From an uncultured Bacilli bacterium (lineage in GTDB: Bacteria; Bacillota_I; Bacilli_A; RF39; UBA660): a stretch of DNA of 64,000 bases. The notes beneath the pieces were generated by a model. It did not search any database, had not been told where the DNA came from, and saw nothing but the letters and a program-made list of their open reading frames with translations. Where the stretch lies: contig CAKOHV010000003.1 of assembly GCA_934086145.1 (NCBI GenBank), positions 13,451-77,450 of the forward strand. The letters run 5' to 3'. A program made the translations under genes and the position numbers. Below, in pieces: positions 17,880 to 29,686 of this stretch (position 1 is its first letter; each line of letters begins with the position of its first letter).

Positions 17880-18959
17880 ATGAATGAAAAAAATAAAAAT
17901 ATTGTTGTAAGTATTCTTTTCTTCTTGTTTTTAGGAGTCTTCTTTTTACTGAATGTTTTTAAGTCTGATACGTTAATCTCTGTTAGTGAAAGAAGAAAGC
18001 TGGCGCAATTTCCGGAAATTTCTTTTAAAACGATTTTTGATGGAACTTTTTTTGAAAAATTTGAGAGTTATACAACAGACCAATTTGTTAGACGTGATGA
18101 TTTTAGGTCTTTAAAAGTGCAATTGGAATTAGGAATAAAACATAATTATAATGATTTGTATGTATATAATGATTATATTGTTAAGCAACTTTATCCATTA
18201 AATGAAAATTCGGTTACTAATTTAAGTAAAAAGGTAAATTTTATTAAAGAGAATTATTTAAAGAATAATAAGATTTATTTTAGTATTGTTCCTGATAAGA
18301 ATTATTTTATTGATCAAGGAAATTTAAAGTTGGATTATGAAAAAATGGTTACGCTTATGAAAACAGATTTAAACTTTGCGCAATATCTTGATATTTTTCC
18401 TTTATTATCTTTAGATAATTACTATAAGACCGATACGCATTGGAAACAGGAGACTCTGCTTAACGTAGGGGCTTATTTGGCCGAGGAGATGGACTTTTTG
18501 TTTGCTGAGGGCTTTAGATTAGAAAAAATAACGTCTTTTTTAGGTGTTTATGCCGGTCAATTGCCAGGCCATGCTACTTATGAAGACATTAATGTTTTAC
18601 AAAATGAGGTTCTTTCGCAGGCCCAAGTTTATAATTATGAAACAAGGAAAGTAACTGAAGTTTATGATTTAACAAAGAAAGATGATTTTGATAAGTATGA
18701 TATATATTTATCGGGAGCTGTTTCTTTGATGACGATAACTAATGAAGCAAGTTTGAGCGACCGAGAATTAATTGTTTTTCGTGATTCTTATGGTAGTAGT
18801 TTGGTCCCTTTGTTGGTGACGGGGTATAAAAAAATAACTTTAGTTGATACTCGTTATATATCGCCTAAAATTTTGGATCAATATATTGATTTTGCAGATC
18901 AAGATGTTTTGTTTCTTTATAGTACGTTGTTAATTAATGATAGCTTTTCTTTGAAATAA
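17880..18959 (+). CDS. DHHW/AlgJ-AlgX-like SGNH-type acyltransfer partner protein
   Basis: AGGAGG SD 8 nt before ATG 17880. N-terminal anchor. YYKTDTHWKQ motif (D-x-H-W). FRDSYGSS near the C-terminus. Immediately follows the MBOAT gene. Confidence 0.65.
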   Translation: MNEKNKNIVVSILFFLFLGVFFLLNVFKSDTLISVSERRKLAQFPEISFKTIFDGTFFEKFESYTTDQFVRRDDFRSLKVQLELGIKHNYNDLYVYNDYIVKQLYPLNENSVTNLSKKVNFIKENYLKNNKIYFSIVPDKNYFIDQGNLKLDYEKMVTLMKTDLNFAQYLDIFPLLSLDNYYKTDTHWKQETLLNVGAYLAEEMDFLFAEGFRLEKITSFLGVYAGQLPGHATYEDINVLQNEVLSQAQVYNYETRKVTEVYDLTKKDDFDKYDIYLSGAVSLMTITNEASLSDRELIVFRDSYGSSLVPLLVTGYKKITLVDTRYISPKILDQYIDFADQDVLFLYSTLLINDSFSLK

Positions 18960-18987
18960 AAACAAGTTAGTGAAGTAACTTGTTTTT
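18960..18987 (+). terminator. intrinsic terminator
   Basis: AAACAAGTTA / TAACTTGTTT 10-bp stem with a 6-nt loop and a T run. Confidence 0.7.
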
Positions 18988-18999
18988 ACGTTGGGAAAG

Positions 19000-19026
19000 A
19001 AAAAAGTTCTAGCTTTTGCTAGAACT
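19000..19026 (-). terminator. intrinsic terminator of the VanY-like gene
   Basis: AGTTCTAGC / GCTAGAACT 9-bp stem with a TTTT loop, followed by a T run on the minus strand. Confidence 0.7.
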
Positions 19027-19034
19027 TGGAAACT

Positions 19035-20015
19035 TTATTGTTCAATATAAAATGCATAATATTCATCAAAGGTAATTTGTTCGTTATATATTTGAGTAGC
19101 AACTTTTTCGCCAACGTATCTAAAATGCCAGCTTTCAGTATTATAACCGGTTATGTTTTCCTTGCCTTCTGGATATCTTAATATAAAACCATATTTATGG
19201 CAATTTTCTTTAAGCCATTTGTATTCTTCTGATTCAGTGAAACTTTTTTGATTTTTATGTTCGAGAGAAGTTATATCGAGGGCTAGACCAGTTTGGTGTT
19301 CGGAAAAACCAGGGCGAGCTGCATAAGAATCAGCATAAGTTTGACCTTTTAATCTGAATGAATTATATATTTCTTCTTGTTCTTCATAAGAACGATAAGA
19401 AGAATTGACCATTAAGTGAACATTTAAAGCATTTTTGACGTCTTCGCGCATTTTTAAGAATTGTTCAATAATAACGCTTGAAGCACTTTGACCTTCGTAA
19501 GAAACAGAAAGGGAAATGTTTTCAAGGTCATTTCTTTTAAATGATTCCTCTAATTGATAAAATTTGTTGACTAAGATTAATTGATCTTTTTGGGTATCAG
19601 TTTTGTAAGTAACGTTGTACCAGCCGTTGTTAGCGTGAACGTTAACGATTGCAATAATAGTTGCATAGTCTAATGATTGATGATAAGCATAATATTCAAT
19701 ATAGTTATTAAAGTTCTTTTCAAGGAAATATTTTTGATTGACGATGTTGTAGTAGGCTTCGTTGAAATCTTCATTTAGCAAGTAATCCAAATTTTTATCA
19801 CTTAATTTTTTTAAGAGTAAGGCTGTTTGTTCTTTACTGTAACCAACTTGATTTATTTTATATTCGTAGGTTTTTTGATATTGATATTTTTCATAGATGC
19901 CAAAGCTCTCTTTGATACCATATATAGTAAGACCTAAAATGAAAATAAAATAAACTAAAAATCTTTTTACCTTAGTTTTTAAACGAAATTTTTTTCTTTT
20001 TTTTGTCTTTTTCAA
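19035..20015 (-). CDS. D-alanyl-D-alanine carboxypeptidase, VanY/M15B family, membrane-anchored
   Basis: K-rich N-terminus plus TM. Zn-peptidase motifs SEHQTGLALD and ESWHFRYVG. Confidence 0.8.
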   Translation of the reverse strand: MKKTKKRKKFRLKTKVKRFLVYFIFILGLTIYGIKESFGIYEKYQYQKTYEYKINQVGYSKEQTALLLKKLSDKNLDYLLNEDFNEAYYNIVNQKYFLEKNFNNYIEYYAYHQSLDYATIIAIVNVHANNGWYNVTYKTDTQKDQLILVNKFYQLEESFKRNDLENISLSVSYEGQSASSVIIEQFLKMREDVKNALNVHLMVNSSYRSYEEQEEIYNSFRLKGQTYADSYAARPGFSEHQTGLALDITSLEHKNQKSFTESEEYKWLKENCHKYGFILRYPEGKENITGYNTESWHFRYVGEKVATQIYNEQITFDEYYAFYIEQ

Positions 20016-20147
20016 TAATTACTTCACCTCTATTTATTAAGATTATAACAGATTTTGACTAGATATGGGATGATTTATTGTAATTAGACAGATAGTTTAA
20101 GAAGAAGTGAGGAAAAGGACGCCAAAAAATATAAAAAAAGAAAAAAA

Positions 20148-20175
20148 TTAGCACTCGGGTATTGACAAGTGCTAA
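20148..20175 (+). promoter_or_regulatory. CIRCE operator 1 (HrcA binding site)
   Basis: TTAGCACTC-N9-aAGTGCTAA, one mismatch to the consensus TTAGCACTC-N9-GAGTGCTAA. Overlaps the -35. Confidence 0.85.
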
Positions 20176-20190
20176 CGAAGTGTATATAAT
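20162..20190 (+). promoter_or_regulatory. sigma-A promoter of the hrcA-grpE-dnaK operon
   Basis: TTGACA 20162-20167, exact 17-nt spacer, TATAAT 20185-20190. Confidence 0.8.
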
Positions 20191-20194
20191 TTAT

Positions 20195-20221
20195 TTAGCA
20201 CTAAAAAAAGAAGAGTGCTAA
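20195..20221 (+). promoter_or_regulatory. CIRCE operator 2
   Basis: TTAGCACTa-N9-GAGTGCTAA, immediately downstream of the -10. Confidence 0.85.
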
Positions 20222-20234
20222 TGGCGGTGACTTT

Positions 20235-21233
20235 ATGGATGATAGACAAAAAGAGTTACTAAAAGAAATAGTAGAATGTTATATTAATACTGTAAAACCA
20301 GTTGGAAGTAAAGGACTATGTAAGAAGTTTAAACTTTCTAGCGCGACGATTCGTAATGAGATGGTCGTCTTGGAAAGTTTAGGATACATTGAAAAAAATC
20401 ATGTATCAAGTGGTCGTGTTCCATCGGAAAAAGGGTATAAATATTACGTAGAAAACTTGATGAAGCCAAAAGAACTTAATGGCGAGGAAATGCTAAAGTT
20501 ACAGACAATCTTTCATAACCAAGAGTTGCAAGTAAGTGATGCAATATCTAAATGTATGGAAATAATTAGTGAATTAACTAATTATACAAGTGTTGTCTTA
20601 GGTAAAAGTAGTAAAGATAATACTTTACAACAAGTTAGTATAATTCCTTTAGATTCTAATCAAGTAGTAGCTTTGGTTTGTACTAATAAAGGAATAGTTG
20701 AAAATAAAAAGTTTAGGCTTGAAAAAAATATTTTTATTGATGAATTGGTTAAAACAAGTGAGTTAATTAATAGAATGTTAATTGGAACACCAATCGATCA
20801 AGTAAGTCAAAGATTGGAATATGAAATAAAACCAGTAATATCGAAGAAAATACATCAATATGAAAAAGTATATGAAATATTTTATGATGCCTTTAGTGAT
20901 TTTGCAAAGAATAGTTCAAACGTCTTCTTTAGTGGCAAAACGAATATTTTAAAACAACCTGAATATGATAACGTAGACGAAATTAAAAAGATAATTGCTA
21001 AATTTGAAGACGAATCCTTAGTTAGAAAAATCGAAGAAAAAAGCGATGGCGTAAATGTTTATATAGGTGATGAAAATGAATTTGACTCGAATGTTACAGT
21101 AATAAAAAGTCATTACAATATAAATGGTGAGGAAGGAACAATTGCAATCGTCGGACCAAAAAGAATGGAATATGATAAAGTTGTCGGATTGCTAGAGTTC
21201 ATAAATAAAGAAATAGATGAATATAATAAATAA
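20235..21233 (+). CDS. hrcA: heat-inducible transcription repressor HrcA
   Basis: N-terminal winged helix (RQKELLKEIVECYINTVKPVGSK ... SSATIRNEM). Position upstream of grpE-dnaK and behind CIRCE. Confidence 0.9.
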   Translation: MDDRQKELLKEIVECYINTVKPVGSKGLCKKFKLSSATIRNEMVVLESLGYIEKNHVSSGRVPSEKGYKYYVENLMKPKELNGEEMLKLQTIFHNQELQVSDAISKCMEIISELTNYTSVVLGKSSKDNTLQQVSIIPLDSNQVVALVCTNKGIVENKKFRLEKNIFIDELVKTSELINRMLIGTPIDQVSQRLEYEIKPVISKKIHQYEKVYEIFYDAFSDFAKNSSNVFFSGKTNILKQPEYDNVDEIKKIIAKFEDESLVRKIEEKSDGVNVYIGDENEFDSNVTVIKSHYNINGEEGTIAIVGPKRMEYDKVVGLLEFINKEIDEYNK

Positions 21234-21289
21234 TTTATGTAAGTAATTTGGACTTACTATAGATAGTTACCATAGAAAAGAGATGAATT

Positions 21290-21943
21290 ATGGAAGAAAA
21301 TTTAAAAGATTTACAAGTAGCAGCTGAGCAAGTTGAAGAAGTAAAGGAAGAAAAAGAAGTAACAGAAGCTCCTTTAGATGAAGAAGTGAAGAGTGATGCT
21401 CCTACTGATAGTGAAGTAAAAGAAGAAATAAAAGAAAATAAAGAAAATTCTCCAAAGAAAGAAAAAGGCTTCTTTAAGAAAAAAGAAGATCCGGAAAAGA
21501 TAAGATTACAAGAGGAAAATATACAGTTAAAAGAAAGAGTTCTTCGTATTAGTGCAGAAATGCAAAATATGAAGCGAAGAAATGAAGAAAAATTATCAAC
21601 AATGTTAAAATATGAAGGTGAAGATTTTATAAAAAATTTATTACCAATTGTCGATAATTTTGAAAGAGCTATTAATATGGATGATACTAATTTAGAAGAT
21701 GAAGTTAGTAAGTTCCTAAGTGGCTTTAAAATGATATATGGTAATTTGACAACAATCTTACAAAATAATGATGTTGTTAATATAGATGTTTTAAATAAAC
21801 CTTTTGATCCTAATACGATGGAAGCTGTTTTAGTTGAAACGGTTGAGGGCGTTGAACCTGACATGGTTGTTGATGTCTTACGTAAAGGGTATACTTATAA
21901 AGGTAAAGTTATAAGACATGCTATGGTTAAAGTTAGTAAATAA
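21290..21943 (+). CDS. grpE: nucleotide exchange factor GrpE
   Basis: Acidic N-terminus, coiled coil (LRISAEMQNMKRR), and a C-terminal beta domain (NKPFDPNTMEAV ... GYTYKGKVIRHAMVKV). Confidence 0.9.
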   Translation: MEENLKDLQVAAEQVEEVKEEKEVTEAPLDEEVKSDAPTDSEVKEEIKENKENSPKKEKGFFKKKEDPEKIRLQEENIQLKERVLRISAEMQNMKRRNEEKLSTMLKYEGEDFIKNLLPIVDNFERAINMDDTNLEDEVSKFLSGFKMIYGNLTTILQNNDVVNIDVLNKPFDPNTMEAVLVETVEGVEPDMVVDVLRKGYTYKGKVIRHAMVKVSK

Positions 21944-21954
21944 AAAAATAATAG

Positions 21955-23805
<1,851 letters not shown>

Positions 23806-23817
23806 TATTTGAGATGA

Positions 23818-23843
23818 AAAAGTTCTAGGTGACTAGAACTTTT
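23818..23843 (+). terminator. strong hairpin after dnaK (possible partial terminator or processing site)
   Basis: AAAAGTTCTAG / CTAGAACTTTT 11-bp stem with a GTGA loop. The only T run is the part inside the stem, so termination is probably partial. Confidence 0.35.
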
Positions 23844-23862
23844 CACCAATATTGGAGGATTT

Positions 23863-25665
23863 ATGCAAAAGTATAATTGTCGAAATGAAGTACCTGAAGA
23901 ATATAAATGGGATTTAACGGACTTCTTTAAAGATGATAAGGAATTTAAAAAAAGCTTAGAAGAAGCCCAAAGTAAAATAGAAGACTTGGTTAATTATAGT
24001 AATTGTGTTAAGAATGCTCAGAAAATGTATGAATTTTTAGAAAAAAGTGTGGCGGCAATAGCCCTATGGGAAGATTTATATGTTTATGCGTATTTAGTTA
24101 ATGATCAAGAACTTGGTAATTCAAATAGTCAAGATAGATTAAATAAGACGATTCTTTTGAATTCTTTGTATGAAAAAAATACTAGTTTCTTTGCTCCAGA
24201 ATTACTTAAATTAAAGCAAGATGAATATGATAAGTTATTTAAAGATGAACCAAGATTAATGGCTTATAAAGCTGATTTGGATCGAACTTATCGTCAAAAG
24301 AAACATGTTTTAACAGAAAATGAAGAAAAAATAGTTGCTGAATTAACAGGGGCAATGAATAAGTATGAACAAATATCTTCAACGTTATTAAATTCTTTAC
24401 ATGATTATGGAAAGATTAAGTTAGATGATGGAACGTTTGAGACAATCGCGACGAATAATTTACGCCGTTTGTTAAAGAATAAAAATCGTGAAATAAGAAA
24501 GAAAGTTTATAATAGCTTTTATAAGAAGATTGATCAGTATGAAGATACTTCAGCTTCTTTACTTGGTAGTTATATTGCGATGAATGACTCTATTGCTAAG
24601 ATTAGACATTATGATGACTCATGGGCTTCTTTACTAGATTCACTTAATTTGGATGATAAAGTTTTTCAAACACTTGTTAAGACAACGGAAGCTAATTTAG
24701 ATGTTTTACAAAAGTATTATGATTTGAAAAAGGAAGTTTTAGGTTTAGATGAGCTTCATTCTTATGATTTGAGTTTAGATATTACTCAAAATAATCGTGA
24801 GTATAGTATTTTGGAAGCGCAAGATTTAGTTCGTCAAGCGCTAAAGCCATTAGGTGAAGAATATGGCACTAAGTTTGAAAAAATTATTAAGAATCGTTAT
24901 ATCGATTATTGTCAATATAAAGGTAAGTGTAGCGGCGGTTATTCTTTTTCGACAATGAATCATCCTTCTCGTATTTTAATGAGTTATAACGGAGATTTAG
25001 ATAGTATTTCAACGATTGCTCATGAAGGAGGACATAATGTTCATCATCAATTTTTGATGGAAAATAATCCTTTACAGTATCGTGAACAAGCTAGTTTAGT
25101 TTCTGAGGTTTGTTCTTTGACTAATGAATGTTTACTTTCCCATTATGTAGTTTTAAATGCTAAAACCAAAGAAGAAAAGTTACAAGGTCTTTATAATATA
25201 ATGGGGGTTATTGTTTCTAATTTATTTGGTGCAGTAAGAGAAGGTAAAATGGAACAAGAAATGTATGAATATGTTCATGAGGGCAATTCATTAACCAAAG
25301 ATTATATGGATGATTTAACAAAGAAATCTTTGAAAAAATACTATGGAAATAGTGTAAAATTAGATAAATATTCAAAATGTTCTTGGGTATTACGTAGCCA
25401 TTATTATATGCATTTTTATCTTTATAGTTATGCAATTTGTATAAGTGTTGCAACAAATGTTGCAAGTAATATTTTAAGTGGTTCTAAGGAAGCTTTAGAT
25501 AAATATATTGAATTTATGAAATGTGGTGGCGATAAATGGCCAGCTGAAGCTTTTGCGATATTAGGAATTTCATTAGATGATGAAAATGTTTATAAAAAAG
25601 CTTTTGAATATTTTGATAATTTACTTGAAGAATATAGAAAGATTTATTTTGATAAGGAGGTATAA
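23863..25665 (+). CDS. pepF: oligoendopeptidase F (M3B family)
   Basis: GGAGG SD. Zn site [11 protein letters not shown]. Length and N-terminal WDL motif ([10 protein letters not shown]) typical of PepF. Confidence 0.85.
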   Translation: MQKYNCRNEVPEEYKWDLTDFFKDDKEFKKSLEEAQSKIEDLVNYSNCVKNAQKMYEFLEKSVAAIALWEDLYVYAYLVNDQELGNSNSQDRLNKTILLNSLYEKNTSFFAPELLKLKQDEYDKLFKDEPRLMAYKADLDRTYRQKKHVLTENEEKIVAELTGAMNKYEQISSTLLNSLHDYGKIKLDDGTFETIATNNLRRLLKNKNREIRKKVYNSFYKKIDQYEDTSASLLGSYIAMNDSIAKIRHYDDSWASLLDSLNLDDKVFQTLVKTTEANLDVLQKYYDLKKEVLGLDELHSYDLSLDITQNNREYSILEAQDLVRQALKPLGEEYGTKFEKIIKNRYIDYCQYKGKCSGGYSFSTMNHPSRILMSYNGDLDSISTIAHEGGHNVHHQFLMENNPLQYREQASLVSEVCSLTNECLLSHYVVLNAKTKEEKLQGLYNIMGVIVSNLFGAVREGKMEQEMYEYVHEGNSLTKDYMDDLTKKSLKKYYGNSVKLDKYSKCSWVLRSHYYMHFYLYSYAICISVATNVASNILSGSKEALDKYIEFMKCGGDKWPAEAFAILGISLDDENVYKKAFEYFDNLLEEYRKIYFDKEV

Positions 25666-25667
25666 AA

Positions 25668-26795
25668 ATGGCTACTAGTAGAGATTATTATGAAGTTTTG
25701 GGTGTATCGAAGGATGCAACTGATGCTGAAATTAAAAGTGCTTTTAGAAAATTAGCAAAGAAATATCACCCTGATATTAATCCTTCTAAGGAAGCTGAAG
25801 CTAAATTTAAAGAAATTGGGGAAGCTTACGCTGTATTAAGTGATAAAGATAAGAGACGTCAATATGATCAATTTGGTCATGAGGCATATACACAAGGAGC
25901 TAGTCAAGGTGGCTTTGGGGGAGGATTCCAAGGGTTCTCTGCTGATGATATTGATCTATCTAGTATTTTTGATGATTTATTTGGTGGTGGAATGTTTGGT
26001 GGTTCTTCATCACGTCGTAATAGTCGTAATCGTCCGACTAAGGGCGAAGATTCGCTTGTTAAAGTTAAGTTAACTTTTGAAGAAGCCGTTTTTGGTTGTA
26101 AAAAGACTATAAATTTGGATCTTGATAGTGTATGCGAAGCTTGTGATGGAGCTGGTGGAACTGGCGAAGAGACTTGTCACACTTGTAATGGTCGTGGACG
26201 TGTTATAACACAACAAAGAAGTATGTTTGGAGTTTTTCAAACTGAAAGCACTTGTCCTGATTGTAATGGTCGTGGAAAAACATATAAAAATACTTGTAAA
26301 AAATGTAATGGTAAAGGTCATATCTTAAAGAATAAAGAAATTGAAATTACGGTTCCAGAAGGTGTTGATAATGGTCATCAATTAAGAATTAGTGGTAAAG
26401 GATCAGCTGGTTATAATGGGGGACCAAATGGCGATATTTATATTGAATTTAAAGTAGCTGATCATCCATTATTTGAAAGAAAAGGTAACGATATATATGT
26501 TGATGTACCAATAACCATAACTGATGCTGTATTAGGTTGTAAAAAGGAAGTGCCAACGCTTACCGGAAGTGTTATATTGGATATTGATTCTGGCAGTCAA
26601 CCAGGTGATCAATTAAGATTGAAGGGAAAAGGAATTAAAGATCCAACAAGTAGTAAAAAAGGCGATATGTATGTAATCTTAAATGTTGTTATTCCATCTA
26701 AGTTAGATCGTAAACAAAAAGAATTGTTTAAAGATTTGGCTACAACTGACTTAGAGAATGATAGTCAATTTAGAACATATAAAAAGTATTTGTAA
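25668..26795 (+). CDS. dnaJ: molecular chaperone DnaJ
   Basis: J domain (DYYEVLGV ... KYHPD), G/F region, and four CxxCxGxG zinc-finger repeats. Confidence 0.95.
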   Translation: MATSRDYYEVLGVSKDATDAEIKSAFRKLAKKYHPDINPSKEAEAKFKEIGEAYAVLSDKDKRRQYDQFGHEAYTQGASQGGFGGGFQGFSADDIDLSSIFDDLFGGGMFGGSSSRRNSRNRPTKGEDSLVKVKLTFEEAVFGCKKTINLDLDSVCEACDGAGGTGEETCHTCNGRGRVITQQRSMFGVFQTESTCPDCNGRGKTYKNTCKKCNGKGHILKNKEIEITVPEGVDNGHQLRISGKGSAGYNGGPNGDIYIEFKVADHPLFERKGNDIYVDVPITITDAVLGCKKEVPTLTGSVILDIDSGSQPGDQLRLKGKGIKDPTSSKKGDMYVILNVVIPSKLDRKQKELFKDLATTDLENDSQFRTYKKYL

Positions 26796-26818
26796 AAAGG
26801 TGAAGGTTTCGCCTTTTT
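26796..26818 (+). terminator. intrinsic terminator after dnaJ
   Basis: AAAGGTGAA / TTCGCCTTT 9-bp stem (one G-U) with a 3-nt loop and a T run. Confidence 0.65.
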
Positions 26819-26915
26819 GTTTGGTAAACAATATTTTTTTTAAAGCGGCAAGATATTGCTAACTTGTTTTTTTTAGGACTTCTTGTTATACTATTTTTAG
26901 AAAAAGGTGACTTTT

Positions 26916-28208
26916 ATGAGTGAGTTAAGAGGAGCTAGTTGGAAGGTAAAATTACTTATCATTTGTCTGTTAATTGTCCTTATTGATGGGATAATTAGTA
27001 TTATTATGTTTCTTTCAATGACAGATGATAATGAGGAAGTAGAAGCGGTTGTTTTAAATGTCGGAGATTTAGCCATAAATTATTTAGATGGTAATGAAAT
27101 AAATATTGTAAAACCACAAAAAAAGGATTATGAGTACGTATTTTCGGTGACAAATACGGGGGAAAATAAAATATATTATTCAATTTATCTTGATGAAGTT
27201 GAAAATGATTTAGATGAAGTTAATATTATTCTAGAAAGAGAAAATGGCGATACAATTTATAATAATATTTTAAAAAAGGAGCGTAATTTATTAGTTAAAT
27301 TGAATGCTTTAGAAGGGTCAATAACCGATCGCTTTGTTTTAAAAATAAATAATGATAAAAATAAAAAAAGTATCAAGGCGAAGATTTTGGTTGTTAATGA
27401 GTCGATAACTGAAGAGACATTTGCTGATACGCTTCTTGATAATAATGAGTTAGCTTTAGAGCATACGACGCCGGGAAGTGAAGCGGCGGTAACTAAAGAA
27501 GGTTTAATTAGAGATGAAGATGAACTAGGAATAACTTATTATTTTAGAGGTAGTGTTGATAATAATTATTTGCAAATCGGCAACTATTTATTTAGAATTG
27601 TTCGAATTAATGGTGATGGAACAGTACGTGTGGTAATGGATCAAAGTATTGCTTTTCAAACACCGTTTAATACAGAAAATATTAATGAATTAAAAACAGT
27701 TTTGTTTAATGAAAGTTTAGTTTATCAAAGCTTGAGTACTTGGGTTGATACTAATTTGGCTCCTTATAAAGATTATTTTGTAGAAGGGGATTTCTGCTCG
27801 GATACGGATTTTATTAATAATAATGGGGATATGAAAAATTCAAATGTTTATCAACGAATCTTTGTGAATGCTAATCCATCATTAAAATGCAATGGACAAA
27901 TTAGTAAGTTACGTGTTGGTTTATTAAGTGCGGATGAGATTGTTTATGCAGGTGCTCTTAAAGATAGTGAAAACAAAAGATTTTATTTGTATAATCCAAT
28001 GATTTTGGATGATTGTTGGACAGTAAGTGCAAGTGGAAGTGATTTAACTAATAATTTTTATATGATAGCTTTAACAAAGGATGGTAGTTTAAAGGCTCGT
28101 AACTTAGTTAATACTAATTTAGGAGTGCGTCCTGTTTTAAATTTAAGTGTTGCTTCGCATGTTAAAGGAGAAGGAACGAAAGACAATCCTTATGTCCTAG
28201 TTTCCTAG
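26916..28208 (+). CDS. membrane-anchored extracellular protein, unknown function
   Basis: AAGGTGA SD before ATG 26916 (track start 26907 is GTG). N-terminal TM. C-terminal part ends with a WTVSAS ... GVRPVLNL motif seen in uncharacterised Firmicute surface proteins. Extended -10 TGtTATACT upstream. Confidence 0.55.
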   Translation: MSELRGASWKVKLLIICLLIVLIDGIISIIMFLSMTDDNEEVEAVVLNVGDLAINYLDGNEINIVKPQKKDYEYVFSVTNTGENKIYYSIYLDEVENDLDEVNIILERENGDTIYNNILKKERNLLVKLNALEGSITDRFVLKINNDKNKKSIKAKILVVNESITEETFADTLLDNNELALEHTTPGSEAAVTKEGLIRDEDELGITYYFRGSVDNNYLQIGNYLFRIVRINGDGTVRVVMDQSIAFQTPFNTENINELKTVLFNESLVYQSLSTWVDTNLAPYKDYFVEGDFCSDTDFINNNGDMKNSNVYQRIFVNANPSLKCNGQISKLRVGLLSADEIVYAGALKDSENKRFYLYNPMILDDCWTVSASGSDLTNNFYMIALTKDGSLKARNLVNTNLGVRPVLNLSVASHVKGEGTKDNPYVLVS

Positions 28209-28294
28209 ATGTAAAATAGAGTAAATTGTTAAATAAGTTTTTAGGAGAAGTCTTTAACTTAAAATGTAATAATGATATTATAGTGGTGAAGGTG

Positions 28295-28882
28295 ATGGAT
28301 ATGATTCTTGAAGTGGCAAACACAGGCAGTTTTAACTATATAATATTTGCTATAATAATAGTTTTAATGATTATATCTATGCTAGTAGTATATAGTTTAT
28401 ATATGCAAAATAAACAATTAATAGATGAATTAAAGAAAAAAAATAATGAGATAAATGAAGATAATTTTAAAGAGTTAGTAAAAGAGGATAAACAAGTTGT
28501 TCCTGATTTTTATAAACCTAGTGAAGAAAATATTGAAAAAAGCAATCAGGAAATGGTTGATTTACAAAGTATTACAAAAGATTTAGAAAGTAAACAAAAT
28601 GAAAAAAATATTGATTTTACACCTTATGAAGAAGAACAAGAAGAAAGAGCTATCATAAGTTATGATGAACTAGTTGAAGCAAGTAAAAATGTTAGTATTA
28701 ATTATTCTGAAGAAAAAAATATTGATGATGTTTTAATTAAAAAAGTTGATTTAGATAATACGGGAAAAATTGAACTTGATCCAATCAAAAAGGAACTTAA
28801 TAGTAAGGTTGAAATAATCAGTTATGAGCATGAAGAAGCCTTCTTAAAAGCTTTAAAACAATTACAATCTTTATTAAATTAA
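28295..28882 (+). CDS. single-pass membrane protein with a charged coiled-coil-like C-terminal region
   Basis: GGTGAAGGTGA precedes ATG 28295 and ATG 28301, so the start is uncertain (the track gives TTG 28226). TM helix IIFAIIIVLMIISMLVVYSLY. Confidence 0.5.
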   Translation: MDMILEVANTGSFNYIIFAIIIVLMIISMLVVYSLYMQNKQLIDELKKKNNEINEDNFKELVKEDKQVVPDFYKPSEENIEKSNQEMVDLQSITKDLESKQNEKNIDFTPYEEEQEERAIISYDELVEASKNVSINYSEEKNIDDVLIKKVDLDNTGKIELDPIKKELNSKVEIISYEHEEAFLKALKQLQSLLN

Positions 28883-28892
28883 TGGTGATAAA

Positions 28893-29618
28893 ATGGCAAA
28901 CAAAAGGGAAAAGTATTATTTATTTGAATATGATATGGGCTTTTTAAGTTTTCTGTCAATAGTAATTTTAATTTTCTTGATTTTAGCGATTGGTTTTTTT
29001 GATAAGTGGTCAATCTTTAAAAATATTTTAGTTGCTGCTGATCAAAAGACAGGAGATTTTGAATTTATCTTTTTAGTAATTTTAATGTTTTTGTGGGTCT
29101 TCTTACACGAGGTTATTCATGGTTTAATGTATTTAGTAAATGGCGCCAAGAAAAAAAGTTTATCTTTTGGAATTGCTTTAGAAAAAGGGATTTTGTATTG
29201 TTTATGTAAGGAATACATTAGTAAAAAGAATATTTTAATTTCGGCGATATCTCCTTTCTTCTTAATTGGTGTTTTAACAAGTATCTTAGGCTTTGTCTTT
29301 AATAATTCTTACTTAGTTATTTTATCAATAATGAACATGAGTAGTAGTATTGCGGATATAATATTAGTCTTATTTTTATGGAAATTGCCTGCCAATATTG
29401 AGTTCTGTGAATATGATAATTCAACGGGATTTATAATAAAGACAACTGAAGATATTAAGGATATTTCTGGAATTGGCTTAAAATTTGTAAAAGTTATGGA
29501 TGATGATAAAGAATTATCGTTTGATAAATATAAGACATTTTATATAAGTAAAGTAAGTCGATATGTTGCTTTAGTCTTTCTTATTGTAATTATTTTGGCT
29601 ATCTTAAAAAGATTTTAA
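28893..29618 (+). CDS. DUF3267-like putative membrane zincin metallopeptidase
   Basis: GGTGA SD. Polytopic, with HExxH (LHEVIHGLMY) at the end of a TM segment. Confidence 0.5.
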   Translation: MANKREKYYLFEYDMGFLSFLSIVILIFLILAIGFFDKWSIFKNILVAADQKTGDFEFIFLVILMFLWVFLHEVIHGLMYLVNGAKKKSLSFGIALEKGILYCLCKEYISKKNILISAISPFFLIGVLTSILGFVFNNSYLVILSIMNMSSSIADIILVLFLWKLPANIEFCEYDNSTGFIIKTTEDIKDISGIGLKFVKVMDDDKELSFDKYKTFYISKVSRYVALVFLIVIILAILKRF

Positions 29619-29645
29619 ACTCTTATTCTTGTTATAAGAGTTTTT
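29617..29645 (+). terminator. intrinsic terminator
   Basis: AAACTCTTAT / ATAAGAGTTT 10-bp stem with a 7-nt loop and T5. Confidence 0.7.
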
Positions 29646-29686
29646 CTTTGGCTTGGAACGTGTTATAATAGCAACTGGTGGTTGTG

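Noticed and set aside
21235-21864. 209-aa minus-strand ORF, the largest of the antisense ORFs in the track.
   Set aside because: It lies entirely antisense to grpE. Its Ser/Phe/Leu-rich low-complexity translation is the mirror of the Glu/Lys-rich grpE frame. It has no SD and no family resemblance. It is a shadow ORF.
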